Of a stretch of DNA of 64,000 nt, positions 57,849-64,000 are shown one piece after another. The stretch comes from Bacteroidales bacterium (GTDB lineage: Bacteria > Bacteroidota > Bacteroidia > Bacteroidales > GCA-2748055): contig JAIPBT010000014.1 in NCBI GenBank assembly GCA_021738565.1, positions 25,821 through 89,820 on the forward strand, given 5' to 3'. Both the position numbers and the translations under genes were made by a program. The notes beneath the pieces are model-generated. The model had not been told where the DNA came from, made no database searches, and saw nothing but the letters and a program-made list of their open reading frames with translations. Position 1 is the stretch's first letter; the number at the start of each line of letters is the position of its first letter.

Positions 57849-58370
57849 TTACATCTCCTGCAAGACAAATCGCCAGGGTTTGTTCTTCCAGTAGGACCCG
57901 GCATAATCTATACCAACACGAGGATATGATGTGTAGTGCGGAACAATGCCTGATTCAAAGATCTGAACCCTGCCGGAGTTTACAATATCCTCCCTGTTGA
58001 ATGATCCGTCAAGTCCGAGTTTTCGTGTTACCCTTCCAGGACCCGGTGCATCTTCGATTCCCCTGATGAGTACGGCCTGGGGTTCGTCTTTCAGAGAAGT
58101 TACTATGTTCATCATCCAGTGAATGCCATAGATCAGGTACATGTAAAGTATACCGCCCTCCGCGAACATTACGCTTGTGCGTGGAGTCCTGCCTCTGCAG
58201 GCGTGACATGCCTTATCCTCCATTCCCCTGTATGCCTCTGTCTCGGTAATGATATGTTCGGAAATATTTCCTGAAGGCAAGAACCTGACAATTTTCTTTC
58301 CAATCAACTCCGGCGCCACTTCAAGAACATCCCGGGTAAAAAATTCCCTGTTCAATTTCGTTAAATCCAT
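57849..58370 (-). CDS. mpg: DNA-3-methyladenine glycosylase (AAG/Mpg family)
   Basis: The start MDLTKLNREFF (58370) is preferred. Motifs: VAPELIGKKIV, ITETEAYRG, D-x-A-C-H-A, and GILYMYLIYGIHWMMNIV. Confidence 0.8.
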   Translation of the reverse strand: MDLTKLNREFFTRDVLEVAPELIGKKIVRFLPSGNISEHIITETEAYRGMEDKACHACRGRTPRTSVMFAEGGILYMYLIYGIHWMMNIVTSLKDEPQAVLIRGIEDAPGPGRVTRKLGLDGSFNREDIVNSGRVQIFESGIVPHYTSYPRVGIDYAGSYWKNKPWRFVLQEM

Positions 58371-58486
58371 TTTATTTACCCTTAATACATCCACGACCAC
58401 AGCCTACTATTCTATTTGATACAACCGGAACACAACTAAGTCCGTCGTTATATTTTCCAGCTTCTGGCCCAATTCGTAATTGGCCC

Positions 58487-58951
58487 CTAATACATCCCCC
58501 TCTCTTCCATTGACTTCCACTTATCCAGCACCGCTTTCGCCTCTGACAGTTCAATGCGATTCATTTTGAGCTTCCTTTTTCCGGGAGACTTCGATAGTTC
58601 ATCATAGATGAATTCATCATCAAACCCGGCTTCGGATGCATCTTTCCTGTCAGATGCAAAATAAACTTCATCGATCCTGGCCCAATAAATCGCTCCAAGG
58701 CACATGGGACAGGGTTCACAGGTGGCATACAAAGTGCATCCTGAAAGATCAAAACTCTTCAGTTTCCCGGCAGCCAGCCTGATGGCCTCTATTTCGGCAT
58801 GTGCTGTGGGATCATTCTCAGTCCTCACTTTATTGGCGCCCTCTGATATTATTTCACCATCCCTGACTATGACAGCACCGAAAGGGCCGCCTCCGTTTTC
58901 TATGTTATTCCCGGCAATTCTTGCTGCGAGTTTCAAATATTTTGAATGCAT
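58487..58951 (-). CDS. guaD: CDA-fold nucleoside/nucleobase deaminase, guanine deaminase (GuaD)-like
   Basis: The start MHSKYLKLAA (58951) is preferred. GGPFGAVIVRDG, DPTAHAEIEAIR, CEPCPMCLGAIYWARI and EAGFDDEFIY align closely to B. subtilis GuaD as I recall it. Confidence 0.75.
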   Translation of the reverse strand: MHSKYLKLAARIAGNNIENGGGPFGAVIVRDGEIISEGANKVRTENDPTAHAEIEAIRLAAGKLKSFDLSGCTLYATCEPCPMCLGAIYWARIDEVYFASDRKDASEAGFDDEFIYDELSKSPGKRKLKMNRIELSEAKAVLDKWKSMEERGMY

Positions 58952-59128
58952 GATGTTTGAAATGATTACGGGTACAAAGATAGGATATTGATTCGTATAC
59001 CCGGTGGAACGGCAATGTTTCAATCTACCGGATTATGGAACCAGGTTCATGTTAAAATATGAGAATTGTATTTTGAAAATAGTATGGCATTTTGTGCCTC
59101 GAAATTATACCGGAACTGCTACAACGGA

Positions 59129-60760
59129 TCATTGGACATCCTCCTCTTCATTGCTATTGTTTTCATCGACAGCTGACCCTGATGCCCTGGTTTTCCATTT
59201 CCAGTCAGGACCAAAAACAAACAAGGCATAAAATAGTCCGAATATAACAACCCCCGGAGTGTTTTCAAGCGTATCCTCGTCCAGCATCGATAATCCCATG
59301 GTAAGAATGAATACCAGCAGCATGTATGATCTCCACCTCTTTTTGACAAATACCGGCAATACAAGCGAAAGCATGCAAAGAACAAACCCCGGGATTCCCA
59401 ATGCAATCGCCAGGGAAAGGTACTGGTTGTGTGCCCTGCGCCTTCTCTCTAATCTCAATTGAGAATCCACTTCATCATAATATTTCTCAAACGATTTTCT
59501 TACATCCCCGGTACCAACCCCGATCAACATATTTTCGAGGGCAATATGGGCGCCTGCTTTCAGGTAAAAGTAACGCTGCACAAGCGATTTATCATTGGCA
59601 CTGTAACCGAGTTTAAACCTGTCGAACTCCCAAATTACTTCATATATCCGGGGATAAAGCGCAAACTTTCTTAGAAAGATGTGATTGGCGATCCCCTTTT
59701 CTATGGCAGCAATATCAGTACTATCCAGTTGCTGTATTCCTGCAGAATCCTTTCTGAGCCCCCTGGAAGTAAGATACCTGATCAATGTAAATCTCAGGAT
59801 ATCCCCGTTTTCAGCTTTCCCCATGTAGTCGATATCGCTCAGTTTGTTCCACTCCTTTTCAAGTTCTTCAGGACAAACATGGATCCATACATAATGTCCG
59901 TTCTCGGTTTCCCTGTTATCCAGGTGATTCACATAAGGATTTCCATTGACCGTATAAGAGTCAATTTCTTCCGGGTTCAATTCTTCAAAGTTGTAAAACC
60001 TGTTTATGGAATTTCCGACATATATAATGGCAAACAGAGGAATAAACAATATCACGACCGAGACCATGAACCGTCCTGTCCGGTCGGGTATATTTCCAAC
60101 AAAGTTCAATGAAAGAAAGAGTGTGACAATGACAATGATCACGATTCCCGACAGGGACCTCAGCAAGATAAGGAACACGGGCAGCCATACTATTGCAAAA
60201 AGGTAAAACAATCTCATATGCCTGTTTTCTTCTTCCGTTTTGCTGAAAAGAAAGTATACAGAAAAAAGTATGGAGAGCACGATCATAAGGGCAAACCTGA
60301 TGTGCCCTATAAAAATGGAGGCATCCCTGAAATCGTTAATTTCAACCGGCAACAATCCGGTTATTGCCAATACACTTACAAAAGAACCGGCGATACAGGC
60401 AGCAATGAATACGGTAAGAATTGCCCTGAGCTCACTCTTTGAAAAATGACCGGATGTTACAACAATAAACGGGATGATGATCATCGGCAATTTAATCTTC
60501 AGGTCCTGCAGACCATAGGCCAGGTCAGAAGACCACAGCATCCCGATGATGTGGAGTGCATAGAATGAACCATATATCCAGAATGCCTTTTCCTGCCGGA
60601 GGCGCTGCCACTTTTTCCTGAAATCACCCTCAAGTAACCAGTTGAATCCCAGGACAAACTGCAAGAAAGAGGATGCATATATTGATAAAGGAAGGGAAGC
60701 TGCAAGCAGCACAACCAGGTAAAAATAGATGCTTCTGTGTAATTCGCTGTTCCGCCTCAA
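59129..60760 (-). CDS. O-antigen ligase (Wzy_C)-family polytopic membrane protein
   Basis: 543 aa with ~11 TM helices. It has a large loop with RRRAHNQYLSLAIALGIPGF (H-N-x-Y-L ... G motif of the O-antigen ligase family) and an acidic C-terminal tail. Confidence 0.6.
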   Translation of the reverse strand: MRRNSELHRSIYFYLVVLLAASLPLSIYASSFLQFVLGFNWLLEGDFRKKWQRLRQEKAFWIYGSFYALHIIGMLWSSDLAYGLQDLKIKLPMIIIPFIVVTSGHFSKSELRAILTVFIAACIAGSFVSVLAITGLLPVEINDFRDASIFIGHIRFALMIVLSILFSVYFLFSKTEEENRHMRLFYLFAIVWLPVFLILLRSLSGIVIIVIVTLFLSLNFVGNIPDRTGRFMVSVVILFIPLFAIIYVGNSINRFYNFEELNPEEIDSYTVNGNPYVNHLDNRETENGHYVWIHVCPEELEKEWNKLSDIDYMGKAENGDILRFTLIRYLTSRGLRKDSAGIQQLDSTDIAAIEKGIANHIFLRKFALYPRIYEVIWEFDRFKLGYSANDKSLVQRYFYLKAGAHIALENMLIGVGTGDVRKSFEKYYDEVDSQLRLERRRRAHNQYLSLAIALGIPGFVLCMLSLVLPVFVKKRWRSYMLLVFILTMGLSMLDEDTLENTPGVVIFGLFYALFVFGPDWKWKTRASGSAVDENNSNEEEDVQ

Positions 60761-61731
60761 AATGCTACACTGATTAAAATTTGTTGAGAATTATGAATGC
60801 CCTCACCTTTCACAAAATGAAAGTTCCATCCCAATTTGGAATCAATTTTACTACTTTTAAACGGATCTGCAAAGAGGTCGATCCTTCCATAATTTCCCGA
60901 CCTGTAAAACGGATCTCCATAGGCAAAATCAATCGGATCACCGAAATAATAAGCTCCCTTTATTCCAAAAATACCGTACGTCAGGTCCAGACCTGATATC
61001 ACTCCTTTGCCCCATACAAAATCACCTGGTCTGATTCGGTTGTAAGACGACAAAATCCCGAGAGAAGCCTCAATATCAAAAGGGAAGCTTCCATCATCAA
61101 CAGAATAACCGGCCATGGCAGACATGATCCCGTTGTCCTGGAGTTTGAATGATCCCAGGTTGCTTATCCCACGGGCATTGTGGTACATCAGGAACATGCC
61201 CCGGAGAAACAATCCCCCCGCATGAATCTTTGAATCAATTCCGATCAAAAACCTCTCCCTCCGGTTTTCTGCAAGCCGCCCGGTCCAGTCAACAAAACCC
61301 TTGATGTATCCCAGGTTACCGGAATAGCTGATCAGCGAACCTTCAATATTGGGACGGTAATAATTCAGTGTATCATTCAGAAAACTCAAAGGCATATCGA
61401 GCAGGTACTTTCGGGATACCACACCAAAATACATCTGTAACGCATTTTTGTCGTAATGGTAATAGAGATTCAACCGGGGGGGGATCTCCAACAACGAGCT
61501 CCCATGTTCATACAGGTAATTGATGCCGGTTACGATCTCGTGTGTCGAATCAATTTCAAACACCAGGTTGGCATCAAGTGCGGCTCCGAATATGGTTTGA
61601 GGCAGACCATAATCGGAAAAATATTCCCTGTTATCAAATATTTGATCGAACCTGAGTTTATAATCAGGTTTTTGAGCTGCCAACGATATACCGCTGTATA
61701 TGATGATAGTAAATAGCAGTACCTTCTTCAT
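60757..61731 (-). CDS. Hypothetical outer-membrane beta-barrel-like protein
   Basis: 324 aa with a signal peptide. It shows alternating-hydrophobicity strands rich in Y/G/F, and the C-terminal residue is Phe (ISVAF). It overlaps the downstream ligase-like gene by 4 nt. Confidence 0.4.
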   Translation of the reverse strand: MKKVLLFTIIIYSGISLAAQKPDYKLRFDQIFDNREYFSDYGLPQTIFGAALDANLVFEIDSTHEIVTGINYLYEHGSSLLEIPPRLNLYYHYDKNALQMYFGVVSRKYLLDMPLSFLNDTLNYYRPNIEGSLISYSGNLGYIKGFVDWTGRLAENRRERFLIGIDSKIHAGGLFLRGMFLMYHNARGISNLGSFKLQDNGIMSAMAGYSVDDGSFPFDIEASLGILSSYNRIRPGDFVWGKGVISGLDLTYGIFGIKGAYYFGDPIDFAYGDPFYRSGNYGRIDLFADPFKSSKIDSKLGWNFHFVKGEGIHNSQQILISVAF

Positions 61732-62016
61732 TCGCCAAATTTAAAAATCCCGGTGATCCGGTACAAATAATCCCGCAGCTGACTGCGAAAACCTTAACCC
61801 GGATGTTGCAGTTAAAGGGCCAAAAGGTCAGGGCATTCATACCGGAAACTCATACTGTTAAAGCATTAAAGGTAAATAAATCCTGATGATGCTGAAAACA
61901 TCCAAAGAATCGCATGGACCGGGCAACAAAACAGGCTTCTAAATTTCAGAGAATCTGACAATTAAGAATTAAAGAAATAAATTGTTGATATGTTATTGTA
62001 TTAAAAAAAAGATTTG

Positions 62017-62024
62017 TATTTTTG
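62017..62024 (+). promoter_or_regulatory. Bacteroidota sigma-A -7 element candidate (TAnnTTTG) upstream of rplM
   Basis: tatttttg at 62017-62024 fits TAnnTTTG, ~50 nt upstream of the rplM start. TTG-containing words lie ~20-25 nt further upstream. Confidence 0.35.
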
Positions 62025-62075
62025 CAGACCACAAAAATCAGGTGTTAATAACATACAGAGAAAAACTATAAAAAC

Positions 62076-62531
62076 GTGGACAAATTAAGTTATAAAACCG
62101 TTTCAGCAAATAGGGACACTGTTCAAAAAGAATGGGTGATTGTTGACGCAAACGGCGAGGTTTTGGGCCGCCTTGCCTCAAGGGTGGCAATGATGCTCAG
62201 GGGAAAGCACAAACCGGATTTCACTCCCCATGTGGATTGCGGTGACAACGTTATTGTCATTAATGCTGAAAAAGTTAAGCTTACAGGGAACAAATTAACC
62301 CAGAGAGAATATGTCCGCCATTCGGGTTATCCCGGGGGACAAAAAACTGAAACCGTCGAAAACCTGATGAAAAGACGTCCTGCCGACGTTGTTGAAAGGT
62401 CTGTAAAGGGGATGCTTCCCAAGAGCAGGCTCGGCAGTGAAATGTTTCGTCATTTGTTTGTATATGTTGGTGATTCACATCCGCATGAAGCACAGCAGCC
62501 AAAGAAAATTGATTTAAATACCATTAAATAA
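62076..62531 (+). CDS. rplM: 50S ribosomal protein L13
   Basis: 151 aa with a GTG start. DKLSYKTVSANRDTVQKEWVIVDA ... GRLAS-VA--LRGKHKP-FTPH-D-GD-V-VINA is the L13 signature. Confidence 0.95.
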   Translation: MDKLSYKTVSANRDTVQKEWVIVDANGEVLGRLASRVAMMLRGKHKPDFTPHVDCGDNVIVINAEKVKLTGNKLTQREYVRHSGYPGGQKTETVENLMKRRPADVVERSVKGMLPKSRLGSEMFRHLFVYVGDSHPHEAQQPKKIDLNTIK

Positions 62532-62537
62532 GCATAC

Positions 62538-62924
62538 ATGGAGTCCATAAACACTATCGGAAGAAGAAAAAAGGCCATCGCGCGGGTCATTCTTACTGAA
62601 GGTAAAGGGCAGATCACTGTCAATCACAAAGACTACAAAGAATACTTCCCTTTCAAGCAACTGCATTATGTGGTTGATCAGCCACTGAACCTGCTTGAGG
62701 TTAAAAGCAAATATGATGTGAAGGTGAACCTGACCGGCGGAGGCATCAAGGGTCAGGCAGAGGCCCTGCGGCTCGGTATAGCCAGGGCGCTGGTCAAAGT
62801 TGATGAAGAGTACAAACCGAAGCTTCGTTCAGAAGGCTTCCTTACCAGGGATCCCCGTGCAGTTGAAAGAAAAAAGCCAGGTCAGCCCAAAGCAAGGAAG
62901 AAGTTCCAGTTCAGCAAACGTTAA
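62538..62924 (+). CDS. rpsI: 30S ribosomal protein S9
   Basis: 128 aa. GRRKKAIARV ... GGGIKGQAEALRLGIARAL ... LTRDPRAVERKKPGQPKARKKFQFSKR is the S9 signature, including the C-terminal SKR. Confidence 0.95.
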   Translation: MESINTIGRRKKAIARVILTEGKGQITVNHKDYKEYFPFKQLHYVVDQPLNLLEVKSKYDVKVNLTGGGIKGQAEALRLGIARALVKVDEEYKPKLRSEGFLTRDPRAVERKKPGQPKARKKFQFSKR

Positions 62925-63009
62925 TCATAAATACATAACAATCAAACGCGAAATTTCCGGGACTTCCTTTGTGAACTACCCGGGGGTTGCTTAAGCAAAA
63001 TCTAAAAAA

Positions 63010-64000
63010 ATGCCAGAAACAAGTTTTAAAGAATTATTGGATGCAGGTGTGCATTTTGGTCACCTGAAAAGAAAGTGGAACCCGGCAATGGCTCCTTATA
63101 TTTTCATGGAGAAGAACGGGATCCACATCATTGATCTCAACAAAACAGAGGCCAAGCTGGAAGAGGCAGCGAATGCAATGAAACAAATTGCAAAATCAGG
63201 ACGAAAGATCCTTTTCGTTGCCACCAAGAAGCAGGCCAAGGATATCGTTTCTGAAAAGGTGAAGGCCATAAACATGCCTTATGTAACCGAGCGCTGGCCC
63301 GGGGGAATGCTGACGAATTTTCCGACAATCAGAAAAGCGGTCAAGAAAATGACCTCCATTGATAAAATGGCCACCGATGGCACATTTGACACATTATCCA
63401 AAAGAGAGAAACTTCAGATCACCCGTCAAAGGGCCAAACTTGAAAAGATGCTGGGGAGTATTTCCGACCTCACCCGTCTTCCAGCCGCAATGTTTATCGT
63501 TGACGTTACCAAGGAATACATTGCAGTCCGTGAAGCTAACAGACTGAATATTCCGGTTTTTGCAATGGTCGACACCAATTCCAATCCGAAAAACATTGAT
63601 TTCCCAATTCCTGCAAATGACGACGCGTCAAAATCCATCTCACTGATCCTGGATTATGTTTGCAATTCGATCGGTGAAGGACTGAATGAAAGGAAGATGG
63701 AAAAGGAAAAAGAAGCAAGTACCGCGAAAGAGAAGCGGGAAAAAGAAAAGAAGCCTGCTGAAAAATCAGAATCAGGCAGGTCTCCTCAAAAGGCTGAGAA
63801 AGCAAAAGTTGACAAAAAAGCTTCTGCTGAAGAAAACAAGGACAAACCTGCAGCCAATAAGAGCGAAAAGAAACCGGAGGAAAAAGCCAAAAAGGATACC
63901 GGCGTAAAGGCAGAAGAAAAAGATGAAAAGAAAACGGAAAAAGAGTCGGAAGAGAAGGCTGAAAAGAGTGTAGAAGCAAAGATCGATGATGAAAAGGAGT
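63010..64000 (+). CDS. rpsB: 30S ribosomal protein S2 with Lys/Glu-rich C-terminal extension (3' end beyond window)
   Basis: It is absent from the ORF track because no stop occurs before the window end. From the ATG at 63010: MPETSFKELLDAGVHFGHLKRKWNPAMAPYIFMEKNGIHIIDL..., then FVATKKQAKD, ERWPGGMLTNF, IVDV and E-IAVREA-RL-IPVFAMVDTNSNP. From ~63688 onward the sequence is EKEKEASTAKEKREKEKK... Confidence 0.9.
   Translation, partial: MPETSFKELLDAGVHFGHLKRKWNPAMAPYIFMEKNGIHIIDLNKTEAKLEEAANAMKQIAKSGRKILFVATKKQAKDIVSEKVKAINMPYVTERWPGGMLTNFPTIRKAVKKMTSIDKMATDGTFDTLSKREKLQITRQRAKLEKMLGSISDLTRLPAAMFIVDVTKEYIAVREANRLNIPVFAMVDTNSNPKNIDFPIPANDDASKSISLILDYVCNSIGEGLNERKMEKEKEASTAKEKREKEKKPAEKSESGRSPQKAEKAKVDKKASAEENKDKPAANKSEKKPEEKAKKDTGVKAEEKDEKKTEKESEEKAEKSVEAKIDDEKE

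Noticed and set aside
62925-63009. Short ccggga...cccggg complementarity between rpsI and rpsB, considered as an S2 autoregulatory leader
   Set aside because: The stem is only 5-6 bp with a long loop, and I could not recognise any pseudoknot-like arrangement.
63536-63979. 147-aa minus-strand ORF and the plus-strand ORF 63686..63907 over the rpsB 3' region
   Set aside because: They are low-complexity (Leu/Phe/Ser/Pro or Lys/Arg) translations of the purine-rich tail-coding sequence. The S2 frame is continuous with the conserved core.
1-64000. Looked for a prophage, ICE, transposon, integron or classical defence island, and for tRNA, rRNA, tmRNA or RNase P genes
   Set aside because: No integrase, transposase, recombinase, phage structural, restriction-modification or Cas-like ORF was recognised in any frame. 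No cloverleaf-like or rRNA-like conserved segments were noticed in the intergenic regions. Absence is judged by eye only and should be confirmed with tRNAscan/Infernal and mobile-element or defence HMMs.

Overview
This window is a chromosomal segment of a Bacteroidota genome. The evidence is a SusC/SusD pair, two T9SS C-terminal sorting domains, SprB repeats, a DUF2723 protein, rplM-rpsI-rpsB order and a TAnnTTTG-type promoter motif. All family calls come from motif recognition by eye; no searches were run.

- **1-23.7 kb and 35.6-39.8 kb:** a sulfatase-containing polysaccharide utilization locus (PUL). It holds two GH2, one GH26-like, one GH5, two further clan GH-A-like hydrolases, a beta-helix protein, a DUF5107-TPR protein, a CE4 esterase and two sulfatases. 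It carries an unusually large redox complement: two FAD oxidoreductases, a Tat-exported Gfo/Idh/MocA dehydrogenase and a VOC protein. No PUL regulator is visible.
- **24.1-35.2 kb:** a 4.3-kb double-activase/dehydratase-like fusion gene lies directly upstream of SusC/SusD, followed by three unrelated small genes. This 11.7-kb block is bracketed by identical 25-nt direct repeats.
- **40-49 kb:** an accessory-looking region. It contains an AlbA_2-type DNA-binding protein, a DUF559 gene fragment inside 38-bp inverted repeats, and a PurQ homolog lacking the catalytic Cys and His.
- **42.4-49.0 kb, the best candidate for an undescribed system:** a CheR-like methyltransferase, a SiaB-like kinase, a SiaC-like DUF1987 protein, a TerB-domain ABCG-type exporter and two secreted proteins. 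No SiaA phosphatase or SiaD cyclase is present.
- **49-64 kb:** a SprB-repeat T9SS protein, purD, envelope-glycan genes (CE4, DUF2723, O-antigen-ligase-like, outer-membrane barrel), mpg, guaD-like, and rplM-rpsI-rpsB. S2 carries a long Lys/Glu tail.
- **Non-coding:** a dispersed family of phase-locked heptanucleotide arrays (TGGCYYY / RRRGCCA) at four gene-module junctions. There is also a ~135-bp tandem duplication of a gene's translation-start region with start-codon-sequestering hairpins, and a 105-nt hairpin upstream of the SiaB-like gene.
- **Not found:** no tRNA, rRNA, CRISPR array, transposase or integrase was recognised.
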